From a virus (lineage: Duplodnaviria; Caudoviricetes), in IMG/VR virus record IMGVR_UViG_3300013105_000005, positions 12,376-76,375 of that record: a DNA stretch of 64,000 nt; one strand, written 5' to 3'. Both the position numbers and the translations under genes were made by a program. This document shows, in pieces, positions 54,362 through 63,258 of the stretch. Within the stretch, counting starts at the first letter, position 1. Each line of letters opens with the position of its first letter. A model generated the notes under the pieces. The model did no database searches, was not told the DNA's origin, and saw only the letters and a program-made list of their open reading frames with translations.

Positions 54362-54557
54362 TTCAAAAGCTGCTGGCGGGATTTCTCCCGCTCCGAGGAT
54401 GCGGCTTTACGGTGATCTCGGACTCCACGATGCCTGATTGCACAGGCTTCAGCAGCTCGCCCTTTCGGGCAATCCAGCCGCCCACCGGGCAAGCGGGCGG
54501 CTGGAATTACTGAAGCAGAAACAAATCGGACGGTCGCAGTCGATCGCTGGCCGATCC
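54362..54557 (-). ncRNA. Candidate structured RNA with two GAAA tetraloop hairpins and alternative pairings
   Basis: 11-bp, 8-bp, 7-bp and several 4-6-bp stems in an ORF-free gap. Confidence 0.55.
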
Positions 54558-54655
54558 TTTCTTCTCATGGGTTAATCGACCGTCCGAACACGCCGGGCAA
54601 ACGCTGCTCGGCAGAAGGCTCCGGTGCCCTGTTGGGGGTTCCGAAGCTGGGGGCG

Positions 54656-54916
54656 CTATGTCAGCCGCACGACCTTCTTTTCTTCGATGGCGCTGGTGAA
54701 CTCGGATACGACGCGGATCACGCGGAAGCGCCCGACGTGCTGTCCGTCGCGTACGAACTTGCGGGCGGAGGCGTCGTCTTTGAACGAATCTGGCACCGTC
54801 CCGCCGACGAAATCTCCCCAAATGCCCTTCTCGCTAATCTGTAGGATGTAGTCGCTTTTGCGCCGCATCATTCGCGGCTTCGCTGGGGCTTCCGGGGCTG
54901 TTGCTGTCGCTGGCAT
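54656..54916 (-). CDS. Hypothetical protein
   Basis: AGGAG RBS. Confidence 0.6.
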   Translation of the reverse strand: MPATATAPEAPAKPRMMRRKSDYILQISEKGIWGDFVGGTVPDSFKDDASARKFVRDGQHVGRFRVIRVVSEFTSAIEEKKVVRLT

Positions 54917-54933
54917 GGCTAGTCTCCTTTGTC

Positions 54934-55389
54934 TCAGAACGGAATTGAATCCGAGTCGAACACTGGTTCCCCTTCAAACGGCGACTCCGCCGGCGGTCGT
55001 TGCGTTGGCTTTCGTCCCTGTTGCGCCGGTGCGGAGTCGTCACCGTCCGCCTGCTGACGCGAGCCGACAAACTGAAAGTTGTCCACGACGACACTCAGCT
55101 TTGATCGCTTGTTGCCAGTCTGCTTGTCCTCCCACTGGTCATACTTCAAACGACCTTCGACGAGGATGGCCGCGCCTTTCTTGCAATACTGATTGATGAT
55201 CTCTGCGACCTTCCCGAAAGCAGTGCAGTCGATGAAACAAACCTCTTCGCGTGCCTCGCCGCTGGAGGTTTTGTATTTTCGATTGGCTGCCATTCCCCAC
55301 TCGGCAAGATTGGTCTGGCTCGGCAGAGTTTTCATCTGCGGATCGCGCGTTAGATGACCGACGAAAATAACTTTATTGAATGATGGCAT
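54934..55389 (-). CDS. ssb: Single-stranded DNA-binding protein
   Basis: FNKV...G.LTRDP, F.DC.AFGK.AE, VEGRL...W, acidic DSIPF tail. Confidence 0.95.
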   Translation of the reverse strand: MPSFNKVIFVGHLTRDPQMKTLPSQTNLAEWGMAANRKYKTSSGEAREEVCFIDCTAFGKVAEIINQYCKKGAAILVEGRLKYDQWEDKQTGNKRSKLSVVVDNFQFVGSRQQADGDDSAPAQQGRKPTQRPPAESPFEGEPVFDSDSIPF

Positions 55390-55390
55390 G

Positions 55391-56188
55391 TTACGCCGCA
55401 CTTTCCGCCGCGACCGGCTTCATCTTGTCCAACTGCCCCGATTCAATCGCCGTGATGAGCTTTTCGCACCACTCTTTGCCTGCGCCCTTGAGGTTGGCGA
55501 CCTTGTGTTTCTTGAACACTGCCGCGAGCGCCGCATCAGCGCCGTCGGGGTCGAACCCTCGGGACTGAAAGGCGCGGTCGATACGCTCGTGATACTGCGC
55601 CGATTCTTCGACCGTCATTCCCGCGCCGGGGACGGCATGCACTTTTGAATCGACCTGCTTGCGAGCCGGAACCGCCTGGTGCTCGAATCCATCGTCCGGC
55701 ACTTCCTCGGCTGGCGTCGTTGACAGTCCGCTGTCGATGAGCACCACGACATGAGCGAACACCGCACGGGCTGCGCGGCTCATGGCCCTGGTCTGGCTCA
55801 TTGCGCGGCGGGCATATCGCGGTCCGCCCTTCCATCGCGGCTCGTCCATTCCGACAAAGCCTTCGGCATGAGCCAGCACAGCGCCGTCAGCCATGCGCCG
55901 AACCGATGCAATGCTCGTGACGTTGCCGGCGTCGTCCTCGCTCACCTGGTCAATCGACAGGCAGCAGCCGTGCGCGGTGGCGATGGCCTGCCAGCCTTCG
56001 ATGCAGACGTACTTGCGCCTCTGGATCATCTTGGCAGTTTTGGTCACAATCTCGCGGCAGATGCCAGCCACGTCGGTTGCGATGCGATACAGGTCCCGCG
56101 GTGCCTGCTGAATAGCGGCGGGTTGCGCGACCACCGGCAGAGTTGCCGTCGCGTCATCGGGTTTTGCCAGTTCGGTTGTCATATCCAT
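55391..56188 (-). CDS. Putative single-strand annealing/recombination protein
   Basis: Position next to ssb; KYV..EGW and A.AMSQTRA..RA motifs. Confidence 0.5.
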   Translation of the reverse strand: MDMTTELAKPDDATATLPVVAQPAAIQQAPRDLYRIATDVAGICREIVTKTAKMIQRRKYVCIEGWQAIATAHGCCLSIDQVSEDDAGNVTSIASVRRMADGAVLAHAEGFVGMDEPRWKGGPRYARRAMSQTRAMSRAARAVFAHVVVLIDSGLSTTPAEEVPDDGFEHQAVPARKQVDSKVHAVPGAGMTVEESAQYHERIDRAFQSRGFDPDGADAALAAVFKKHKVANLKGAGKEWCEKLITAIESGQLDKMKPVAAESAA

Positions 56189-56215
56189 TCCTTCTCCGCA
56201 CCAGTCGATGCGGTA

Positions 56216-56677
56216 TTAGTGTTTGATGAATCGCTGGTCCGCTTTCTGCAATTTCCGTTCGGCTTTCGCCGCCTCCTCGCACTGCAACTCCTCGCGCTCC
56301 TCCACCTTGAACAACTCCGCGTACTTCTCCGCAGATAGTGTCTGCTTGCACGCGCCGGGCTTAATGGCGTTGGCGCTCAGGTGCTGGCAGAATTGGTCGA
56401 AGTCGCCGCCGCATGCCTGCAAGATCGCCTCGACCGTCGCGGGCAGGTTCTGACACTTGGGCGGCTTCCTGACGGTGCCGACGAATAGGATTGTTTCTCC
56501 GATGTGAATTGGGCCGTTTACTTCAATCCATTCAAAAAGTTGCTGCTCAAGGATTCCCTGCAATTCCTTAGCTCTTTCCCGTACGAATGACATTGCGCTA
56601 TAGACTTCTGCGACGCGCTCGATTGGCGTCGTCGTTGTGATAGCGCAAATATCTGCTTCAATTTTTTCAAGCGACAT
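56216..56677 (-). CDS. Hypothetical protein in the recombination module
   Basis: Helical ORF between HNH and annealing protein. Confidence 0.55.
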   Translation of the reverse strand: MSLEKIEADICAITTTTPIERVAEVYSAMSFVRERAKELQGILEQQLFEWIEVNGPIHIGETILFVGTVRKPPKCQNLPATVEAILQACGGDFDQFCQHLSANAIKPGACKQTLSAEKYAELFKVEEREELQCEEAAKAERKLQKADQRFIKH

Positions 56678-57362
56678 TGGCCTCCCTGTTTTCTGGAAAA
56701 TTGAGCCAAGCAAATTCACCGAAAATCCGCAAAGCGTGAACGTCGTATGCTTTCGCGGCTTCTGCGGCAGAATCAAATGTACCTATGTGCTTGTTAACCC
56801 CGTTTCTCTTGATGACGGCTATCCAGCGTCCCGAATTCGACTGCTTTACGCCCTTAAATTTTCCAATTGGTCGGCGGTTGGCGTTATTTTGAGAAGTTGT
56901 ACAGGTGCGAAGGTTGTTTCGACGATTATCCAACCCATTGCTATTTCGATGGTCTGTCACCATCCCCGCCACTCGGCCTGTTACCTCTCGATGCAGATAA
57001 ACAATGTGGCGGTCTCTCCCTCTGCGAAATGCGTACTGCCTTCCGTCTCGATGCAAAAGATAAGTCCAGTTGTAAGCCTTAACTAAATCCCAATCGATCG
57101 AGTCGATTAGCGAATATTTCCCGCGAGAAAGGAACACAATGGTTGTCGATTTGTTTATGGTCAAGGGAATCAAATCGAATCTCTTTCTTGGCAAGCTCTC
57201 CCTCCATTTTGCCAAGCAACTGCGAGAACAGAATAATCCTTCTCCACGGTGTCTTGCGGTTTCATGTTTCGGGATGAAAATAGAGCCGCAGTGCTTGCAC
57301 GGCCTTTCGTCATCAAGTCGAACGGCCTGGGGCGCGGCGATGATGTCGAAGGTGTCGGTCAT
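56667..57362 (-). CDS. HNH-AP2 endonuclease
   Basis: DHRN.NGLDNRR.NLR; FKGV...W.A.I...HIG.F...EAA.AYD...GEFA.LNF. Confidence 0.92.
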   Translation of the reverse strand: MTDTFDIIAAPQAVRLDDERPCKHCGSIFIPKHETARHRGEGLFCSRSCLAKWRESLPRKRFDLIPLTINKSTTIVFLSRGKYSLIDSIDWDLVKAYNWTYLLHRDGRQYAFRRGRDRHIVYLHREVTGRVAGMVTDHRNSNGLDNRRNNLRTCTTSQNNANRRPIGKFKGVKQSNSGRWIAVIKRNGVNKHIGTFDSAAEAAKAYDVHALRIFGEFAWLNFPENREANVA

Positions 57363-57857
57363 TCAATCCTCGTCGTGCCAACTGGTGCCGGGGAGTATTC
57401 GGGCGTCGTCATCGTTCGGGACGGGGACCGGATCGGGCATCGCCACGCCGTATTCGCCGGGATCAAGCGTGTCCAAACCAATGTCATTTCTCAGCATGAT
57501 TCGCGAGCGGTCGATGAAGTCCCAAAAGGTGTGGGAATCCATCTTGCTTGTCCGATATGGCACGGTTTCGAGAATCCTGCCAACATGCACCGTCTGCTCG
57601 CCGAGCACCATCTTTTTCAGAAGGAGGAACGTCTGGTCCTTATCAAGCTTCCGCTCGTTCTGTGCGTTCAGGAAGTGCATCAGTGGCGTAATGATTGCAG
57701 CCCACATATAGGCATTGGCCCTGTTGCTTCGCGTTGGTCGCACTGGCGTACCAACCCAGTGCACCAGCCCGCGCGTTGCGGCGACTGCGGATCGGAACTC
57801 CGCGTTGAGCTTTGGGTTGCTCATGTCAATCGTGCTGTCGATGATCGGGTCTGACAT
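57363..57857 (-). CDS. NinB/YbcN-like recombination protein
   Basis: RS..ANAY.W...TSKM....F..FID pattern. Confidence 0.6.
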   Translation of the reverse strand: MSDPIIDSTIDMSNPKLNAEFRSAVAATRGLVHWVGTPVRPTRSNRANAYMWAAIITPLMHFLNAQNERKLDKDQTFLLLKKMVLGEQTVHVGRILETVPYRTSKMDSHTFWDFIDRSRIMLRNDIGLDTLDPGEYGVAMPDPVPVPNDDDARILPGTSWHDED

Positions 57858-58723
57858 TGCTATTCCGCCGCAAAAACCTTTTCGCGTTCGACCGCAACAA
57901 CCACGTCCTCCCACGCCTCGCGGAGCCATTGAGCCGCTTTGTTTGCATCGTCGCTGGTCGTCGTCGGACCTACGCGCAGGGAATTGACGGTGACGACGTA
58001 TGTTGGCGGCTTGCTGCTCCACTGAATGACCGCGATTTCTGGTGCCATCGTTTCACCTTCAAATCCGCCGCACCCATTTACGGGCGTTGCGGATACAGCG
58101 CGGAGTCGTCAGGGGGCCGGGCGGCGCGGCTATCGTGGGGTGTGACGCCAGCGGCCTGCCCGGCACGTTCGCTACTCCAAATAAGCCACACGTAAGATGC
58201 GGTGGCACTCGCCACCATCCTCCGTGATAGCCCTCCGCGCCAATTTTCGCGTTCGGTACAGGGTGATCGGAACTCCGCACAGCAGCGCCGTCTTTGCATC
58301 GCCGAATCCGTGGCAGGCAATTGTCGGGTGGCCAAACTTATTGACCACGATGTATCCGACCGCCTTGCCGTGCTTTTTCGATGTTCCCTGCATGGTGCTC
58401 CTACTCGAACCGGTCGCATTCTCGTGCTGCGCCCGCTTCTTCCTCCGCCAGCCGATCCGCCAGCGAAAAGTGGTCGGTCGTCTTGTCCAAGTGCCGGTCA
58501 ATCGCCCGTTTTGCGTCCGCGCAAGCCATCGTCTGTGTCGTGGTCCAGGCGTCGGCAGCGCACATCGGCGAGCCATCTTCGTAGGACCAGATTGCGCGGT
58601 AGTACGGGCAGCGGGGGCCGTCCTTGCGCTGGACGGACACGGGTAGGCCGCGGTACTCGAAGTCCTGCACGATCTGGTGCGCGGCGGGGTCGATGGATTG
58701 AGTGGGGGTCATGTCAAAATCCT

Positions 58724-59665
58724 TTATTGCTGTTTCACTAATTTCCCGTCCTGTACGACGTACCAAACGTCCGCTTCAATGCCGCCCTCTCCGACCTTAC
58801 CGCAGAGGAATCGCCAGCCATCCGCAGTCGTGTAGTATGGAATTGCGAAGGCACCGCGCCGTCCGACCTTGACGGCGCATCCAGACCCAGCGCAACACGC
58901 GACAGTGTTTTCGCCTTTCGCTTCGGCTTTGCTGTAGTTGCCCGACGACGCGGCTGTGCTGTAGTTGCCCGACGACGCGGCTTTGCTGTAGTTGCCCGAC
59001 GACGCGGCTTTGCTGTAGTCGCCCGACGACGCGGCTGTGCTGGAGTTGCCCGACGACGCGGCTGTGCTGGAGTCGCCCGACGACGCGGCTGTGCTGGAGT
59101 TGCCCGACGACGCGGCTGTGCTGGAGTCGCCCGACGACGCGGCTTTGCTGGAGTCGCCCGACGACGCGGCTTTGCTGGAGTTGCCCGATGCAATCTCTGG
59201 GCTACCGTCTTTTGACATCGCGTCAATCAGGCGATGACGACCGCCGTTAATCATTGCCCATGCCGCGGCAAATGCGCCGTGAAACACGACCTCGGCTTTG
59301 CGGCACTTGCACTTTCCACCGATACCGCCGCTGTCGTCAGGAATTTCCCCAATCACATCATCCGGCAGTGCAGCCAATACCAGCCATGAATCGCCGATGA
59401 TGTCGTAATCCATCCCCTCGCCAAGTGCCCAACCCCAAGGCCAGCCGTGCAAACCGCCGCCGCATTCGGTGCGGTCGTTGAAGTCTGGCGCTTCGACCAT
59501 GCCCGACTTCGGATACGTGAAGCCATTGCGCGAAGTGCCGTCGGCATTGCAGCGGCGGAGAATCAGAACCTTGTCGCCGCCATCGGTCCATTGATGCGGC
59601 TTTGTGGCTTTGGTTGTAGTCTTGGCTTTCTTCTTTGTCGCTGTCACGTTGTCCTCATTTCCCAT
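58724..59665 (-). CDS. Phage repeat protein (DUF7666-like N-terminus plus 9-aa SSG repeats)
   Basis: GF.YP..G...D.....CG.GLHG; about ten AASSG(N/D)(S/Y)S(K/T) units. Confidence 0.75.
   Translation of the reverse strand: MGNEDNVTATKKKAKTTTKATKPHQWTDGGDKVLILRRCNADGTSRNGFTYPKSGMVEAPDFNDRTECGGGLHGWPWGWALGEGMDYDIIGDSWLVLAALPDDVIGEIPDDSGGIGGKCKCRKAEVVFHGAFAAAWAMINGGRHRLIDAMSKDGSPEIASGNSSKAASSGDSSKAASSGDSSTAASSGNSSTAASSGDSSTAASSGNSSTAASSGDYSKAASSGNYSKAASSGNYSTAASSGNYSKAEAKGENTVACCAGSGCAVKVGRRGAFAIPYYTTADGWRFLCGKVGEGGIEADVWYVVQDGKLVKQQ
58926..59188. repeat. 27-bp coding tandem repeat, about 10 copies
   Basis: Unit GCT(T/G)TGCTG(T/G)AGT(T/C)GCCCGACGACGCG. Confidence 0.92.
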
Positions 59666-59869
59666 TCGGGTACACAATCGCCAGTCGCCATTCTCGCCCG
59701 CGCCGGGTGCCGCAGTCGTGCGAGTGAGCCAGGAGCGCGGCGCTGGCGAGGCCGCATTCGGACCACTCGGACTCGCCGGTCATTTGTATGTAGGCGCGGG
59801 CACCGGCGGCGCGATAGCTTTCCTCAAGCTCAACGCAATCTGGACCAGCTTTGAACGTCGGTGGCATAA

Positions 59870-59909
59870 AGCGGATGGGCCGAGTCGAACGGCCAACGCC
59901 CGAATCCGC
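59870..59909 (-). other. tRNA-like element (acceptor-stem mimic plus perfect T arm, no D or anticodon arm)
   Basis: GCGGAUU-CGGGCGUU-GGCCG-UUCGACU-CGGCC-CAUCCGC-U. Confidence 0.5.
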
Positions 59910-60263
59910 GTAGTGCCGCCGGGTGGGTATCCGGCGGCGGGGGAGATGAACCACCGGGCCTGTTGTGGGGTGCCCGGTGCGTTCGGGGGTCGTCAGCTAG
60001 AACGGGCCGCAATCCGCGCCTCAATCTTCGCGCCGCCTTTGGGCAGGCTCCGAAGCTGGTCCTCCAGCGACATGCTCTGGAATCGCTTCTGGTAAAACTC
60101 GTTGCGCTGGATGTTCACCTCTTTGCGGGCGAGGTTGCGCATCTTCGATCGCGTGTTCTTTTCCGGTGAACGCTGTTTGTGGAAAGATGACATTGCCTTG
60201 CTCCATTCCCCGCCAGTCCATGCCATGCCCATCCCGACCTGTCCAAGCCTGACCGATACGCGC

Positions 60264-60806
60264 TCACAGCTTCGACGCTATCAATTGCTTCAAATCCCGT
60301 ATTTCATTTAAAATGTCCTGAAGAACGGGAAGCTTCAAATCTACCGATGGTTTCGGGGCGGGCTTATCCGCTGGCTTTGGCTGACGATTAACCCTATCGC
60401 GAATATTTCTGATTTTTGCTCTAACGACTTCGTATGCTGCCCGTGTCTCCCGAAGTTCCTCCATTAGCGCTGACTTCTTTTCAGCCATTTCGCCGCGTTT
60501 TTTGAACCACAATCGCTTTGATTCAAAATCACGAAGCCCCATGTTCATGATCTTGGCTTGTTCCATGGAAAAGTTGTGGGCGGAGTAGTGGCTCAATTCC
60601 ATTTCAATATTGGCCATCTTTACCTGTAGCTTGCCCATATCTGCTCGCCACATTTCAAGGTGATATTCTGGCGACGTGTGAGCATCGCGCCGGGATGATT
60701 CTGATACGGCAACCTCTTTCAGAGCCGAACCTTCACAGTTGAGTGGCATTTCATCTTTTGCTGTTAGAGGCATGCTTGGCCTTTCCTTTGTCGATGGATT
60801 CGGCAC
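60264..60806 (-). CDS. Hypothetical coiled-coil protein
   Basis: Helical, lower GC, AAGG RBS. Confidence 0.55.
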   Translation of the reverse strand: MPNPSTKERPSMPLTAKDEMPLNCEGSALKEVAVSESSRRDAHTSPEYHLEMWRADMGKLQVKMANIEMELSHYSAHNFSMEQAKIMNMGLRDFESKRLWFKKRGEMAEKKSALMEELRETRAAYEVVRAKIRNIRDRVNRQPKPADKPAPKPSVDLKLPVLQDILNEIRDLKQLIASKL

Positions 60807-60826
60807 AGCCGAGATGATTTGGAAAG

Positions 60827-61081
60827 TTAGGCAGTGGCTAGTTTTGGCGCGTTAATCTGTCTCGCCAGCTTGACGATTTCTTGTTCAATCTTGTCCTGAG
60901 ACACCTGATAGGCTTGAGCCATCTTCTCGGCGAGCTTTAGATTCGGGATGAGTTCTCCCCTTTCCCACAGACCGACGCAGTTTGGAGTGACTCCGATCGC
61001 GACGGCAATTTTGTGCTGGGAAATTTTCTTCCCTGCACGCTTGCCGAGTTCAATTCGACGCTGGTGGAAAAAGTTGTTCAT
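60827..61081 (-). CDS. Cro-like XRE HTH protein
   Basis: RRIELG..ISQ..IA.AIGVT...V..WERG...P. Confidence 0.85.
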   Translation of the reverse strand: MNNFFHQRRIELGKRAGKKISQHKIAVAIGVTPNCVGLWERGELIPNLKLAEKMAQAYQVSQDKIEQEIVKLARQINAPKLATA

Positions 61082-61088
61082 CGATCCC

Positions 61089-61280
61089 TCAGTGGGCCCG
61101 TTTAACCAGGCCGAGTTCTTCAAGCACTTGTGGCTTTTCTTCCCACAGCTTCACGATGCGGAGCATCATCAATGCATGCATCGAGCGCTTTGATCGCCGC
61201 TCTACGCTGGCGATTTCCTTGAACCTCGCATCAGTTTTCCGATCCAGCTCGACACCAAATCTTACCGATTCGTATGCCAT
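61089..61280 (-). CDS. Arc-like ribbon-helix-helix protein
   Basis: VRFGVELD.....F..IA..ERRS.RS. Confidence 0.65.
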   Translation of the reverse strand: MAYESVRFGVELDRKTDARFKEIASVERRSKRSMHALMMLRIVKLWEEKPQVLEELGLVKRAH

Positions 61281-61378
61281 AGCTGCACCAAAGATACACC
61301 AAAGATCGGCCATTGCAAGAAGAATTTCGCAATAATTTCTTTACAAGAAAGCGTTTTGCTGTAACCCTTGAAACAACA
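61281..61378. promoter_or_regulatory. Divergent immunity-region promoter/operators
   Basis: Minus strand TTGCAA-N16-TATCTT overlapped by a CACCAAAGAT direct repeat. Confidence 0.55.
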
Positions 61379-61831
61379 ATGGGTAGGAACTCAAAAGTTT
61401 TTGGCTTCAAGGTGCGGAAGCGCCGCGAGGAGTTGGATATCACCCAAGGCGAAGTCGGAGAACGCATGGGCAGGTTCAACCCAGAGATGCGGATGTCAGA
61501 CGAGAATATTGGAAGAATAGAGCGTCATGAAATAGCGGGGATAATGACCAAGAATGTCCCTGCCCTTGCGCATGCCCTTGATGTACCGCACGATGTTTTT
61601 CGACGTGAATATATCGTAATCGCTGAAGGTTCCAGCAAATCTACCGATGCCAAAGCAACGGAATCTCCGTCCGCCGATGATCATGTACGCATCCCAATCG
61701 CCCAAGCCAAAACTCAACTTGAAAAGGCCGAGTCGCAGGGGATGGATTACGTGCTATTCCCAATATCGAGATCACATCGACGGCGAGAGGCCGCCAAACC
61801 TCAACAGAAACCAAAGGGCGGCAGACCCTGA
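61379..61831 (+). CDS. CI-like XRE repressor
   Basis: FG.KVRKRREELDITQ.EV.ERM...I.RIE; divergent from Cro-like genes; no S24 peptidase domain seen. Confidence 0.8.
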   Translation: MGRNSKVFGFKVRKRREELDITQGEVGERMGRFNPEMRMSDENIGRIERHEIAGIMTKNVPALAHALDVPHDVFRREYIVIAEGSSKSTDAKATESPSADDHVRIPIAQAKTQLEKAESQGMDYVLFPISRSHRRREAAKPQQKPKGGRP

Positions 61832-61832
61832 T

Positions 61833-62504
61833 TCATTCCTCGGCCACGTATTGCAGATCCTGCACAGAATGTTCCTTGAGCCAGTGCTGCGCCTCAATTC
61901 CCCGCAACATGCGCGGAGCCGGCACACTGACAATCTCCCCCATCAACTCGCCGCTTGACCGGCAGTATTGATACCACGTCTGCAAGATTCCGCAGGAGTC
62001 GCACACAAACCATCGCAGAACCCGGAACCGCCCAGATGCGTCGGCTTCCGGCTGCGCGTGGGAGATAGACCCGCATAGCGTCTCCGTCCCGCACGATCCG
62101 CAGGTCATGCGATCGCTGCTCCCCATGGCACTGTCCTGCGGCTTGGGTGCGACCGCGCTCGGCGCGGGCGGTTCGCCGACGTTGCCAATTACTGTTGATT
62201 CCATCTGTTGCAAGGCATTGTTTCCGCCAGCGGCTTCAAGGTCGCGGTCGAACTGCTCGCCGATGAATGCGAAGAACTGCGCCCGCTCCTCTTCAGTACG
62301 CGGGGCCGGGACGTGAAATTCCCAGCAATGAGCAATCTCATGTCGGGCAATCTCCGCCCTGCGCGCCGGATGAACGGTGGGGCTGATTATAAACAGTCGT
62401 CGGTGTTCAATGGCGACAGCTTCCAGCGGCTCGCCCTGTCCGCCGTAGATTTGCCTGTCTGAGATAACGAGCGTGTACGCGTACGGGCCAACCTGAAATC
62501 GCAT
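61833..62504 (-). CDS. ImmA-like zinc metallopeptidase with C-terminal Zn ribbon
   Basis: RHEIAH (HExxH), EEERAQFFA, CGSC...CDSC. Confidence 0.7.
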   Translation of the reverse strand: MRFQVGPYAYTLVISDRQIYGGQGEPLEAVAIEHRRLFIISPTVHPARRAEIARHEIAHCWEFHVPAPRTEEERAQFFAFIGEQFDRDLEAAGGNNALQQMESTVIGNVGEPPAPSAVAPKPQDSAMGSSDRMTCGSCGTETLCGSISHAQPEADASGRFRVLRWFVCDSCGILQTWYQYCRSSGELMGEIVSVPAPRMLRGIEAQHWLKEHSVQDLQYVAEE

Positions 62505-62607
62505 GATGCACCGTCATGTTAGAGCCGAGCCATGCGTGGCTGAAATGGCCTTCCCTGTGCGAGCCGCGCCCAATCCTAACAATGACCGTACCAATATAGC
62601 AAGGGCT

Positions 62608-62865
62608 TCAATCGCCCGCGACATGTCTGTTGAATGGTAAACCTTCGGGCATACCCGGCAACGGCATCCAATGGGTTACATCCCACGAGCTTGGGCTACC
62701 TTCGATCTTCCATTGCCCGCACATTCGCCAGCCGAAGCGAATACAGTCGTCCGGCAGTACGGCGTCGTGCCCGCGAGCGAAGTCCGGCGAGTAGACCAGC
62801 ACCTTGCGGATTGCCATTGGGTCGGCGTTATCGGGAAGGCGGGTCGAGCACTTAATCCAGTTCAT
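62608..62865 (-). CDS. DUF551-like protein
   Basis: MNWIKCS.RLP...VTHWMPLP. Confidence 0.8.
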   Translation of the reverse strand: MNWIKCSTRLPDNADPMAIRKVLVYSPDFARGHDAVLPDDCIRFGWRMCGQWKIEGSPSSWDVTHWMPLPGMPEGLPFNRHVAGD

Positions 62866-62944
62866 CGGTTCTGTTCCTTCGGTTGCGTTGCCACCAGCAC
62901 GCGCTCGCCGGGGGCGGGAAGATGCTCGGGGGTGGGGAGCCAAG

Positions 62945-63151
62945 TCATTTCGATAGTCCTTTCAGATTCGGACGGCCCCGCGTCTCGGCTTCGCGCAAAC
63001 GCAGCACGTCGGCGACACTCACGAGCATGGCTGGCATCCGCCCAACCTTCGTCGGCTTGCCCTTTATCTTTTTCGCTTTCAGCCAACGAGAAATTGTCTG
63101 CCGGGCAACGCCCGTTTCAATCGCCGCCTGTCGCACGGTTTTGAGCCTCAT
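62945..63151 (-). CDS. HTH DNA-binding protein (excisionase/MerR-like)
   Basis: TVRQAA..TGV...TISRW....I.G...V...DV. Confidence 0.75.
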   Translation of the reverse strand: MRLKTVRQAAIETGVARQTISRWLKAKKIKGKPTKVGRMPAMLVSVADVLRLREAETRGRPNLKGLSK

Positions 63152-63154
63152 AGT

Positions 63155-63237
63155 GGCATCTTAGCAACCTAGGTAATAAATGCAAAAGATTTTCTGAAAG
63201 ATTTCTCTTGCAATTGTTTTGCACCTAGGTTACAATA
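63155..63237. promoter_or_regulatory. Divergent promoters, each with an ACCTAGGT palindrome in its spacer
   Basis: Plus TTGCAA-N17-TACAAT; minus TTGCAT-N16-TAAGAT. Confidence 0.65.
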
Positions 63238-63258
63238 CGCCCGTCAGACGAAAGGAGC

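Noticed and set aside
53700-54557. Hammerhead, twister or c-di-GMP-I riboswitch identity for the structured regions
   Set aside because: No CUGANGA/GAAA core pair, twister pseudoknot spacing not satisfied, no GEMM consensus; left as unassigned candidates
58926-59188. CRISPR array
   Set aside because: Repeats are contiguous with no spacers, are a multiple of 3 and lie in a coding frame; no cas genes
60011-60017. Distant acceptor 5' strand making a long intron-containing tRNA with the 59870 element
   Set aside because: Lies inside a coding ORF and no D or anticodon arms appear between
62862-62950. Second full DUF551 gene
   Set aside because: Only a ~28-aa MTWLPTPEHLP... stub; too short to support as a separate functional gene
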